A stretch of 32,000 nt of DNA from Candidatus Thorarchaeota archaeon (GCA_048882505.1 JBHLRO010000024.1:9860-41859), one strand, 5' to 3'. Shown: positions 17,686-26,882, counted from the first letter of the stretch. Notes: generated from the letters alone by a model not told the origin. Made by a program: numbers and translations.

Positions 17686-18352
17686 AGTTTTTTGCAAGTT
17701 TTACTGTCGGCCCCATAGTAGTTTTGAAACTCACTGATTTGACTTGAACCATTCCTTTCGGGAGTCTTCCGGAAATAGCTTGTAGAATTGTAGACGCGTT
17801 CTCTGCTAAATCTTTGTCTGGCTGATTAATTTTTCCAATTGGGGCATTAATTACGGGGCTGGACTTTAATCTTAGTTTGACTGTCCTGTCATATCGATTA
17901 ACCAATTGCTGTAGATCGGTTCTAGGGGAAATAGGTTTTGGCATTTTACCCCTCGGACCTAGTACTTTTCCCAAGAATCGAGCCACGACCGCCATCAATT
18001 GAGGTTGTGCCAGGAAGAATGTAAATTCATTTGCCAGCTTTTTTGCAGATTTAGGTTCCTTACCAAGCTGTTCGATTTCCTCCCGACCGATGGTTCGAAG
18101 GCCTAGATCGTTAGTTCGGACAGCCAGATCTCCTTCTGCAAAAACAGCAACCTTTGGTGATCTCGAGGCCGCTCCCAGATCGTTTGGCACTATAGTTTCC
18201 AGATTAATCCTGTTGGAAGGGTTTTTCAAATCCAAATCCCGTAAACCAATGGAGATCTCTACTGTTTCTTCGAAATTACGTTTCCTTCGCTCCTGGCTTT
18301 TGGTTTTCGCTTGGGAAATAGCTTCTTCCAATCGACTTGACGTGTAAGACAC
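17684..18352 (-). CDS. rpl1: 50S ribosomal protein uL1
   Basis: KRNFEETVEISIGLRDLDLK, LGKVLGPRGKMP, KTTMGP. GTG start. Confidence 0.96.
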   Translation of the reverse strand: MSYTSSRLEEAISQAKTKSQERRKRNFEETVEISIGLRDLDLKNPSNRINLETIVPNDLGAASRSPKVAVFAEGDLAVRTNDLGLRTIGREEIEQLGKEPKSAKKLANEFTFFLAQPQLMAVVARFLGKVLGPRGKMPKPISPRTDLQQLVNRYDRTVKLRLKSSPVINAPIGKINQPDKDLAENASTILQAISGRLPKGMVQVKSVSFKTTMGPTVKLAKN

Positions 18353-18516
18353 GATAAACCACTTAACTTGCGAATTACTACTGTTTTTGGTTGTTTTGAC
18401 CTGGCTATTTTATTTTTTCAGTTCACGATTAGAAATAAAGCCAGTTTATACAGTCAAGTGTACATAAGTCTAGGCATGAACAACATCAAAAAATCCTATA
18501 TTTATGGTGAAACTCG

Positions 18517-18990
18517 ATGACAACGACAGTTGAAGCACTTGTAGACGCGGGACAAGCAACTCCAGGCCCAGCATTAGGGGGGTCTCTTGGACCATTGGGT
18601 GTAAACGTCAATGAGGTCATTTCGGAAATAAACAAGAGAACTCAACAATTCAAAGGTATGAAAGTCCCAATTACAATTGAAGTGGATGATAATCGGAAAT
18701 ACACCATTACAGTTGGAATACCTCCGACGGCTTCATTGCTATTAGGAGAGGTTAAGGTCGAAAAAGGTTCTGGTACCCCCAATACTGAAAAAATTGGAAA
18801 TATAACGATGAATCAGGTTATTAAAATTGCTAGGATGAAACATGATACCATGTTAGCGATAGATTTGCGTAGTGCAGTCAAAGAGGTCATTGGCACTTGT
18901 GTCTCAATCGGACTCTCAGTAGACAATAAAGATCCAAAAGAAATACTTTTGGATATCAATAAAGGGAATTATAACAAGTATTTTGATTAA
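18517..18990 (+). CDS. rpl11: 50S ribosomal protein uL11
   Basis: AGQATPGPALG..LGPLGVN, VGIPPTASLL, KEVIGTCVSIG. GGTGA SD upstream. Confidence 0.96.
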   Translation: MTTTVEALVDAGQATPGPALGGSLGPLGVNVNEVISEINKRTQQFKGMKVPITIEVDDNRKYTITVGIPPTASLLLGEVKVEKGSGTPNTEKIGNITMNQVIKIARMKHDTMLAIDLRSAVKEVIGTCVSIGLSVDNKDPKEILLDINKGNYNKYFD

Positions 18991-18992
18991 AC

Positions 18993-20225
18993 ATGGTTGG
19001 GTCTTCGATTGAATCTCTTATCGGGATTCGAGGATTCTCAACCCCAGCCATAATTGGCATGGGAGGGGTGATAAGGCAGCATTTTTCCGATTTTATAGTT
19101 CGAGAAATACTGCCTAATGGTTCCCCAATATCTGATGGATCAAAAATTGGATTTGGAGCCATTGGCGGGTTATATGTGCACTGTATTCTCCAAAAATCAG
19201 GATTAGATACCTTTACCGCCATTAGAAAGATCAGTAATTGTCTGAAAGTTTCTGAAGGAGATTTTGGATATGCTGGATTAAAAGATGCGGAAGCAGTTAC
19301 TTACCAAAGAATCTCCATTTGGAACATCCGGATTAATCGTGTAATCGCTATAGATTTACCTCAAATTAGGTTATTTAATCCAGTACGACAAAGATTTGCC
19401 GTTAAGATTGGGGATCTGATAGGGAACCATTTCGAAATAACCATACGAAAGATTCAGAGGAACTGGAATTCCCTTATGTGGGAGGAATTTATGAGATCCA
19501 TTTCATCGCGTGGTATATTGAATTATTTTATGGCCCAACGATTTGGATCCCGCCGACCTATACTTCATCTAATTGGACGTTTTCTGATTCAAAAGAGATA
19601 TACAGAGGTGATACGTACATATTTGGGGCATACCAGTTTATTAGAGAATCCAAAAATTACGGAATTACGAAAGAATTGGCTACAGAATTGGAAAGAAGGC
19701 GAAGAGATAAAAAATGCTTTTATATTCCCAAATTCATATCATATCGAAAATATTATGCTCAAAGGATTGAAAAGGGGGTTACCTGCAAGAAGTATCATCG
19801 AAAACCTTCCCCAAGCTTTTCTACGATTGGCGATTTCGGCGTACCAATCCTATCTCTATAATATAGTGCTTAGTTATCTAAATAAGTCTCATATCATTAC
19901 GAAAAACACTCTTATTCCTTTGATAGGTTATCAAAGCCCTAAACATAAACATTTATTCTCTGAGTTAGTATGGGATACCATGAATGAGATTTTAGAGGAT
20001 GAGGCAGTTGATTTTGATTGCTTTCGGCATGTAGAATTACCATGGCTGCGTTCAAAAGGATCAAAACGCAATGCGGTGGTATATCCCACCAATTTCGAAC
20101 GATTCAGGTTAGCTAGTTCAGCAATAAAAGTGGCGTTTTCCCTTCCTAAAGGATCCTATGGAACAGCAGTTATGAGAGAATTATTGAAAGACCAAAGGGA
20201 TCTTGAAATGGGTCATTCAGGGTAG
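18993..20225 (+). CDS. truD: tRNA pseudouridine(13) synthase TruD/Pus7
   Basis: DFIVRE, YAGLKDAEAVTYQ (catalytic Asp), GNHFEITIR, NYF..QRFG, FSLPKGSYGT.VMREL. Confidence 0.92.
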   Translation: MVGSSIESLIGIRGFSTPAIIGMGGVIRQHFSDFIVREILPNGSPISDGSKIGFGAIGGLYVHCILQKSGLDTFTAIRKISNCLKVSEGDFGYAGLKDAEAVTYQRISIWNIRINRVIAIDLPQIRLFNPVRQRFAVKIGDLIGNHFEITIRKIQRNWNSLMWEEFMRSISSRGILNYFMAQRFGSRRPILHLIGRFLIQKRYTEVIRTYLGHTSLLENPKITELRKNWLQNWKEGEEIKNAFIFPNSYHIENIMLKGLKRGLPARSIIENLPQAFLRLAISAYQSYLYNIVLSYLNKSHIITKNTLIPLIGYQSPKHKHLFSELVWDTMNEILEDEAVDFDCFRHVELPWLRSKGSKRNAVVYPTNFERFRLASSAIKVAFSLPKGSYGTAVMRELLKDQRDLEMGHSG

Positions 20226-20617
20226 AAAATATTTTCCTCTATTCTTCCACTAAGTGAGCCAGTTTTTATAAGGGTCTGAATAGCCTTTTCAACAGAGGTA
20301 GATGAAACTCCCTTTATTTCAATTTGATCTATTGACGTTGGTTCTCGGATTAAAGAAACAGCTTGGAGAAGAGTTTCCTTTTTTGACATCCCCGAACCTA
20401 TCTCATCGCCTTTGATTTTTTTCAATGAGGCCTTAATCGACGCGCCGCAAGTTGGGCACCGGAAACTTCCCATAATAGTCAGTGTCACGCGTCCTTCTTT
20501 ATCTGGCATTGGGCTGACTAGCTGCCAGGTCTTACTAGGTGGCGTCTCGACCGGATTGATTGTGGTATCACACTTTTTACAGACAATCGTTTTACTACGC
20601 TTTTTCTTTGGAGGCAT
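20213..20617 (-). CDS. Zn-ribbon Cren7-like domain fused to a C-terminal winged-helix-like domain
   Basis: CKKC...PSKTWQLVSPMPDKEGRVTLTIMGSFRCPTCG, then VEKAIQTLIKTGSLSGRIEE. ATG at 20617 follows GGGAGAAG. Confidence 0.6.
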   Translation of the reverse strand: MPPKKKRSKTIVCKKCDTTINPVETPPSKTWQLVSPMPDKEGRVTLTIMGSFRCPTCGASIKASLKKIKGDEIGSGMSKKETLLQAVSLIREPTSIDQIEIKGVSSTSVEKAIQTLIKTGSLSGRIEENIFYPE

Positions 20618-20651
20618 ATGAACTTCTCCCACAAAACACAAACAGAGCTAA

Positions 20652-20879
20652 TTAGGTTGAAACTAGTTGGATCGAGGTTTTCAAACAGGCATGGCACAGT
20701 TCTCCCCCGTAAGGGCGGGCCGCATGCCGAGTACTCCTGGTTCTTTTTCTTCTATGCAAATGAATTATCGCTCCACAGATCCGACAATGACCCTTAGAGG
20801 GTTTTTTCTTTGTAGAATGGCGAAGAGATCGGGCTCCCGGGCTTTTCTTTTGAGTAGTTCCCTTTTTAGTAGTTACCAA
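20652..20879 (-). CDS. rpl34e: 50S ribosomal protein eL34
   Basis: SPGAR...KKKP...CRICG...RPYGGELCHACL; adjacent to DUF106 as in many archaea. TTG start. Confidence 0.9.
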   Translation of the reverse strand: MVTTKKGTTQKKSPGARSLRHSTKKKPSKGHCRICGAIIHLHRRKRTRSTRHAARPYGGELCHACLKTSIQLVST

Positions 20880-20944
20880 GTACTTAAATCTCCAAACAAT
20901 TCATGACGAAATCCTTTTCAAACTTGTCATTAGTATCTTCATGT

Positions 20945-21523
20945 TTATTCTGGCTGCAGGCCGAATGCTCTTCTGAAAATACCCGAAAACAGCAATGAGC
21001 CTGCCATGTACCACATGTAATAGAACGGTACAAAAACTCGCCCCCACTCTGGATGTACAATATTCCTTCCTGTCGGAAGGATAATGAGGGATTCAGGGAG
21101 GTTAAACGGTATTACAGCAGGTAAGGTACCATGAGCTTCCCAAACCCCGTTTACCTCGACGAATCCGGGATCATAATATGCATTGAATACGGCAAAAAAT
21201 ACAAAAATTGGAATAATTAGAATTAATGTCGGTTTCAATTGCATCCTACTCAGTTCGGATTGCACACGTCGCATACGGTCAGCCTCGTGCTCATACTGTT
21301 TTTTTAGTTTCACATCAGCCGTTTTAAGCATTCGAGTACGCAGTTTTTGATAGCGTTTCGTCTCTCTAGTAAGCCTGCGCAGCTTATCTGTGTCAGTAAG
21401 GTATCTAGCAAGCACTGCAGAGATAAGTGCGACAATGAAGGAAATCAAGAGGATAAAGATGGATGATAGGGGAGGTTCGGTTGGGGGAAACTGGGCCACA
21501 GGCAATACATTCACATCAAGCAT
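20945..21523 (-). CDS. DUF106 / EMC3-TMCO1 (Oxa1 superfamily) membrane protein
   Basis: TM1, cytoplasmic coiled coil (TDKLRRL...QSEL.RMQLKP), TM2, and final WYMAGSLLFSGIFRRAFGL. Confidence 0.88.
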   Translation of the reverse strand: MLDVNVLPVAQFPPTEPPLSSIFILLISFIVALISAVLARYLTDTDKLRRLTRETKRYQKLRTRMLKTADVKLKKQYEHEADRMRRVQSELSRMQLKPTLILIIPIFVFFAVFNAYYDPGFVEVNGVWEAHGTLPAVIPFNLPESLIILPTGRNIVHPEWGRVFVPFYYMWYMAGSLLFSGIFRRAFGLQPE

Positions 21524-21672
21524 GTTGTGCTATCATTAGAGGGTCTAGTTGTATATAAATCCGTATAACACTTTCCTGCTGTTTTACATCCAAGTTCTCG
21601 GCCGTTTTTTATCATTGATTTCTTGATATTATTCCCCCAGCTAAACACCAAATTTATTGGAATATGGGGTCA

Positions 21673-23154
21673 TTAAGCCTTACGGACGATTTTCTTTGCT
21701 TCTAGTGCGTAATATAGCACTTCAGCCACGGATCGATCCTTGGTTCGGTTATCATGACGCAATCGCGCAACACGGTTAAAGCGGTTAATCTCTTCCTGAG
21801 CTCGTCGTGCCTCAATATGCAAACCCTCTTTTTGAGCTGTCTCTAGAACCTGCTCGATTTCGGAGAAGTCCGTTTCTCCCTCTAAGGTAATTTTCAGCAT
21901 GGCACTTACCATCGAAGCTCTTACATAGCCTCGTAAGTGATCGGTATCTTTTGTAATCTGAATTGCTTCTTCTATCAAATCCTGGGCAGTACTCAAAAAT
22001 GTAATATCAAAATAAATCCGATATCGATATATCGAAATGATTGCTAATGAAATTAGGGCGCCATAAAGATCAGAGATTCGTGCACGGTTCTTTCGACGTA
22101 AAATATAGTTATATAACTCTTCGGCTCGAGCCAAATTTAATTTAGTCAGCTCTAAATTTCCCTTGTCGCCTGCAATGGCCATGCGACCCCATGGTAGGGA
22201 TTTAAAGTCAAAAGATTGGCTCGATTCTATATTAGCTTGGCGAAGAATACGTTCCAGCTCCGATATCAGGATCGTTACTTGATCTAGATCTCCAAGTTCA
22301 AGGAAAAGGTCACAAAACCTTGATAGATGTTCGAAACGATCAGAAAGAGGGATTTTGTTTTCGTTTGCTTTTAGTAGAGTCTCAAAATCACCGTAATATT
22401 TGGCTAAAACGTCAATGGGTTTCTCACCCTCGTCTGAGAGTGATACAAGTTGTGATTCTACATCTGTGATTGAGACAAGAACTTCAAGGATTTTACGTTC
22501 ATTACCTAGATATTCAAAAATCTGCAAAGCAATCTCATAATTCCGACGAGCTTCTTTTAGATTGCCCAGACGTAGGAAGCACTCCCCGATTCCATGATGT
22601 ATCTGTGCAATATAATATTTGTCATTTTCTTCAATAGCGTACTCAAGTGCCTTTTGGAATTCTTTAAAGATCGAATCGAAGCGGGATTCTCCGCGTTGAA
22701 TCGCCCGTCTCCCATGTCGGAAAATAACATTCTTTAGAATCTTTTTCTTCTCTCCCTCCGTTAGCTGGGTTTCTGCGATTTCACGTGCCTCTTTAAAACT
22801 TGCCTGAGCTATTTCAGGAAGATTAGTTGATTGGGCAAGCTCGAGAAGAGCGTTAACAATTCCCTTGTGATAGTGTAACGCTCTTGCGTTATCTAGATTC
22901 CGATTCAAGTCGATCTGTTTATTACTGAAGTTCTTTCCTTCCCAAACGCGCTGAAACATTGCTAGATTCGTGAGGGCATCAATTTCACTAAAACGGTCTT
23001 GACTGTCTTCTGCTTGGCCTCTCACAAAATACCAAATCTCTGCAGCTCGGATTTCATTCCCATGAATCCACTCATTCCACGCCATATCAAGTTGTTCAGT
23101 TAACAGTTCTGACCTCGTGGTCGTGAATTCATTCGTGGCAGGCATATCTATCAT
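21673..23154 (-). CDS. TPR-repeat (alpha-solenoid) protein
   Basis: Repeats such as AQIHHGIGECFLRLGNLKEARRNYEIALQIF; ATG overlaps the tiaS stop (ATGA, 23151-23154). Confidence 0.75.
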   Translation of the reverse strand: MIDMPATNEFTTTRSELLTEQLDMAWNEWIHGNEIRAAEIWYFVRGQAEDSQDRFSEIDALTNLAMFQRVWEGKNFSNKQIDLNRNLDNARALHYHKGIVNALLELAQSTNLPEIAQASFKEAREIAETQLTEGEKKKILKNVIFRHGRRAIQRGESRFDSIFKEFQKALEYAIEENDKYYIAQIHHGIGECFLRLGNLKEARRNYEIALQIFEYLGNERKILEVLVSITDVESQLVSLSDEGEKPIDVLAKYYGDFETLLKANENKIPLSDRFEHLSRFCDLFLELGDLDQVTILISELERILRQANIESSQSFDFKSLPWGRMAIAGDKGNLELTKLNLARAEELYNYILRRKNRARISDLYGALISLAIISIYRYRIYFDITFLSTAQDLIEEAIQITKDTDHLRGYVRASMVSAMLKITLEGETDFSEIEQVLETAQKEGLHIEARRAQEEINRFNRVARLRHDNRTKDRSVAEVLYYALEAKKIVRKA

Positions 23155-24533
23155 CTGGGGATTAATCGCTCACGATTCCTTAAAAAGGCACTAAAGAGTT
23201 GGGAGAAACTCGTATCCGAGGAGAGGTGGAATTGGAGACGTCCGTCTCTGACAATCGGTTTAGTTAGATGTCTATGTGCACACACTGGAGGGATATACCT
23301 AACCCTGGCTCGAATTTTCCTATGTGATGGCAAGTAAATATATTCTTTCGTAGGCGTATCAAAGGAGCATCGTTTACACTTGAATCCCTGTTTACGGCCA
23401 GCAGATTTTAGAGTTATTCCACATTCGGGACATTTGGGAGTTTTTCTTTCATGTGAAGCTGTTAACTTGACAATTTCTATTTCTTCAAGGTTAATTGTCA
23501 TAGGGATATGATTAGAGGCTGGTCGTACTCCACCACTTACAATAATTTCGTCGTCTTCCTCTAATTCCCGAACTATCTTACGATATTGCTTAGTGGGTTC
23601 GTATGCAGCACAATCAATCAAAACATGACCCGAGCTTAGTTTAAAAATGACATGGCCACCCGGATAATCCTTTGGTTTGGTAGCTACGGTTCCTCTTACG
23701 CGTACCGAAAGATACGGTTCTAGTTCATTTCCTTTGAATTCCTTAGGAAAATGAACTTGGGTGTGTTGGTTGGTTCTAAAGATCATAGAAGTTTGAACAG
23801 CTTCTAAAACATTAATCCTTTTCCACATTTGGATTACTGATTCTGGGGTTTCACCCCTGATCCCGCAAAAAACAGGATCAGGACCATGTGGGGTGATCAT
23901 AACTTGTCGATTAATATAATCATAATTATTGAAGGTTAACGGCGTACTTTTGTCTGCTTCTATCACTGAATCTACATCGACCAGTCGTTTGGATTTTTTT
24001 TGATTGGGATGACGATAAACGATTAGTTCAAAGGTGTAATCAGGAGATAGATCGGCCCCAATAGCTGCAGCGGCGCCTATCAATCCTCTTCCCTTCTTTG
24101 GAATAAAATACCGAGAACTGGATATCCTTTCTAAAATTCCTGTTATTTGGTTGAGCGGAACCACCTGATAAAGAGCTTGGTGATAAAGATCTCTAAACGA
24201 TGCTGGAACGTTTCCATCAATTAAAATCAGGCCAGGGTCTGTGTTCGGGTCTTTTACATCTGCATGGTCCATAATGAGATTGGTAATCGTATTCCACAGT
24301 CTAATCATTTGTTTTTCCGATGTTGCAAAAGTAATGGCGACCGCTCCATTACCTCGAGTTTTATAAGGAATATTTGGATTTAATCGGACTAATTTTGGAA
24401 AATCTAAAAAGTGGACAGGGATAGAAAGCAATAGATCAACGATAAGGGTTCCGATGTAGGTTGTACACATACCATTCTGTGAATCGGTATCATCTATGCC
24501 GAGATGCCATGTATGAATGTAAGGATTATTCAA
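23151..24533 (-). CDS. tiaS: tRNA(Ile2) 2-agmatinylcytidine synthetase TiaS
   Basis: GIDDTDS..GMCTTY, PKLVRLNPNIPYKTRGNGAV, GRGLIGA, TPHGPDPVFCGIRG, AAYEPT OB fold, CPEC...CKRC Zn ribbon. TTG start after GGGAG. Confidence 0.96.
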   Translation of the reverse strand: MNNPYIHTWHLGIDDTDSQNGMCTTYIGTLIVDLLLSIPVHFLDFPKLVRLNPNIPYKTRGNGAVAITFATSEKQMIRLWNTITNLIMDHADVKDPNTDPGLILIDGNVPASFRDLYHQALYQVVPLNQITGILERISSSRYFIPKKGRGLIGAAAAIGADLSPDYTFELIVYRHPNQKKSKRLVDVDSVIEADKSTPLTFNNYDYINRQVMITPHGPDPVFCGIRGETPESVIQMWKRINVLEAVQTSMIFRTNQHTQVHFPKEFKGNELEPYLSVRVRGTVATKPKDYPGGHVIFKLSSGHVLIDCAAYEPTKQYRKIVRELEEDDEIIVSGGVRPASNHIPMTINLEEIEIVKLTASHERKTPKCPECGITLKSAGRKQGFKCKRCSFDTPTKEYIYLPSHRKIRARVRYIPPVCAHRHLTKPIVRDGRLQFHLSSDTSFSQLFSAFLRNRERLIPR

Positions 24534-24551
24534 TTATCTCCCTTCATCTCA

Positions 24552-25472
24552 TCAAACGAGTCGAGACAAAACACCAGAAACCAATAATGGCAATACCAAG
24601 GTTACATCGCCCATGATATCAATCCATTTAGCATCAACAGATACTTTCCCCCAAGAAATGGCCTCTCGCATGGAAGCTCCACTTACCCCGCCATGTTCCG
24701 GTCTATCCATTGTGATTTGGATGGCATAACTGAGTCCATTATGTAATTGGGAGCCATTCATAATGAAATGTTTTGGTACGCCACCACCCAAGATAAGGGC
24801 ACCCATTCGTTTGGTTTCATAGACAATCTGAGCAAATTCAGTATGGTCCTGGAGGACATCTATTATTAATGGCCTTGACTGAGAAAAAAGCCAGGACTGT
24901 ACCCCCAGTAAGGAGTCCGCAAAAGAGGGCGAAAAAATGGGTATGTTTTTAAGAAACGCTGATCGAATGATGGAGTTAGAATCTGAGATCAGTCGCCCGA
25001 GTTCATAAAGGAAGCTGCGTGTGCTCATCTTTTTATTTGGAACGGTTTCAAGCATTTGCTGTGCAAGAGTTTCAAATTCCGCAAAAGCCCTATATGGGAT
25101 TAATGTACTGAAAATCCTGCTAAATTCCATTTCATGAAGTTTTTCATCATCTATATATTCTGTTCCGTGAAAATGCGATCTGCCAGAACTTTCTAATAGA
25201 TCGTGACTCAAATTAGCTCCTGTGGTAACGATACAATCGACTATATCTTTCTCAATAAGATCTCGTATGATATTACGCATTCCTCCAGGAATTAACGCAC
25301 CAGCAAGACCAAGAAAAACAGTACAGTCTGAATCTCTAGTCATCTCTTCGAGGAGATCAGCAGCCAGGCCTATTTTGCGACAGGTAAATCCACCATCCTT
25401 CATAGAGGTCAATAGTTCGTTAACTGTCATGTTCGGATATACTTCGACCTGGTTCATTTTTTTAAAGTTCAA
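24552..25472 (-). CDS. dys: Deoxyhypusine synthase (DHS family)
   Basis: GGF, FLGLAGALIPGG, TTGANLSHD, GGGVPKH, SGA..REAISWGK (catalytic Lys). TTG start after AGGTGA. Confidence 0.93.
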   Translation of the reverse strand: MNFKKMNQVEVYPNMTVNELLTSMKDGGFTCRKIGLAADLLEEMTRDSDCTVFLGLAGALIPGGMRNIIRDLIEKDIVDCIVTTGANLSHDLLESSGRSHFHGTEYIDDEKLHEMEFSRIFSTLIPYRAFAEFETLAQQMLETVPNKKMSTRSFLYELGRLISDSNSIIRSAFLKNIPIFSPSFADSLLGVQSWLFSQSRPLIIDVLQDHTEFAQIVYETKRMGALILGGGVPKHFIMNGSQLHNGLSYAIQITMDRPEHGGVSGASMREAISWGKVSVDAKWIDIMGDVTLVLPLLVSGVLSRLV

Positions 25473-25487
25473 TGTGTATTCACCTAT

Positions 25488-26792
25488 TCAGGAATTTGAG
25501 GGGGTTCCATTTTTCAGATGAAAATAAACGTAGGGGCGATCTTCTAGACAATAGGTTGCATTAAATGACAAAGAATAGGCGCCTGCCTGAAGGAAGAGAA
25601 TCTGATCCCCTTCACGAATGGTATGTAGTGGTACAGTCTGTTTTGTGGGTGAATTATGGGGAAGATATTGGTCCATGGTGTCATTGGTCGACCCGTTGAT
25701 GCGATATACTGTTACAGGATCGTTTTCATTGGCTATTACATTGAGAATAGGAAATTGCCAGTTGATTGACACCGTGTCCAAAAGAAGATTGTAGAAACTT
25801 CCATCTACGAATGCAAGAGGTATTCCAGAGGGATCCTGCTTAAGTTTAACGATAGTACAGGCCAGAATACCTGCAGGTGCCGTCAAATATCTTCCAGATT
25901 CCGCGATGATTGTTATATTATGGAATTCGTCAGGGAGCTCCTCACTGATCGCCCTGCCAAACTGTTCCACAGAAGGGATAGAATCCTTCGCGCCGTAATC
26001 AACAGGAAATCCGCCGCCAATATCCAAAAGGGATAGGTCAACGTCATAAGCTTCCAAATGTCTAGTCAGTCTCACAAGTGCACGAAAACTACGTTTATAT
26101 AGAGCTACGTTAAGTAATTGGCTGCCTAAGTGCATATGGAGACCAACCAATTCTAACCATGGTGAATTGTTAAAGTATGAGATGATTGAACTTAGAGGAG
26201 ACGGAGTATCGAAATCGAGAGGTATGGGGACTCCAACTTTACTATATGGACCAGTAGAGCTGAAAACCGTTTCGTGAAACGCATGTAACGGGTTAACACG
26301 AAGTAATACACGCACAGGTGCTCTTTTTGATTTAGCAGCCTTTTCGATTCGTTTCATATCACTACGTGAGTCGACAGCAAAATAAGCAATATTATGATCC
26401 AAGGCAAATTCAATAGTTTTCTGGGGTTTTACGATATTTGTGTAGATGAATTTCTGTGGGTCTCCTCCAAGCTCTATGATGCGCCTCATTTCACCTAATG
26501 ATGTGACTTCAAAGTATATATTTTTCTTAACAAACGTTTGAACAACTTCGGGCTGAGGATTTGCCTTTATTGAGTAGGCTACCTGGAATGGGTTCTTTAA
26601 ATTCGAAACGAACGCAGAATTGAGTTTATCATACTGAAGAAGGAGTTGGCGTTCCGAGAATATGAATGATGGAGTTCCAATGTCATTAAGAAGGGCTTTA
26701 ATATCCAATCCATCAAAATATACCCCATCATTAATTCTTTCAAGAAGTAATAACTTGTCAACAAAGGTCGTAAGCATTTTCGCAGTCCACAA
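25488..26792 (-). CDS. Fold-type III PLP-dependent decarboxylase (Orn/DAP/Arg family); candidate arginine or ornithine decarboxylase
   Basis: AYSIKAN (PLP Lys), TSLGE, HMHLGSQ, DIGGGF, AESGRYL, GAY. Alternative ATG at 26777. Substrate inferred from context only. Confidence 0.85.
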   Translation of the reverse strand: MWTAKMLTTFVDKLLLLERINDGVYFDGLDIKALLNDIGTPSFIFSERQLLLQYDKLNSAFVSNLKNPFQVAYSIKANPQPEVVQTFVKKNIYFEVTSLGEMRRIIELGGDPQKFIYTNIVKPQKTIEFALDHNIAYFAVDSRSDMKRIEKAAKSKRAPVRVLLRVNPLHAFHETVFSSTGPYSKVGVPIPLDFDTPSPLSSIISYFNNSPWLELVGLHMHLGSQLLNVALYKRSFRALVRLTRHLEAYDVDLSLLDIGGGFPVDYGAKDSIPSVEQFGRAISEELPDEFHNITIIAESGRYLTAPAGILACTIVKLKQDPSGIPLAFVDGSFYNLLLDTVSINWQFPILNVIANENDPVTVYRINGSTNDTMDQYLPHNSPTKQTVPLHTIREGDQILFLQAGAYSLSFNATYCLEDRPYVYFHLKNGTPSNS

Positions 26793-26882
26793 CTTTTTTT
26801 TGAAAGAGTTTTTTTAACAAGCTGAAAGGAATCTAAATTCATCCTTGAGATCAAGAATCATCCTTAATCTGCGTGAGGTATT

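Noticed and set aside
25488-26792. Annotating the decarboxylase as lysA
   Set aside because: It lacks the RPALY and CESGD signatures of DAP decarboxylase, and no lysine-pathway genes are nearby.
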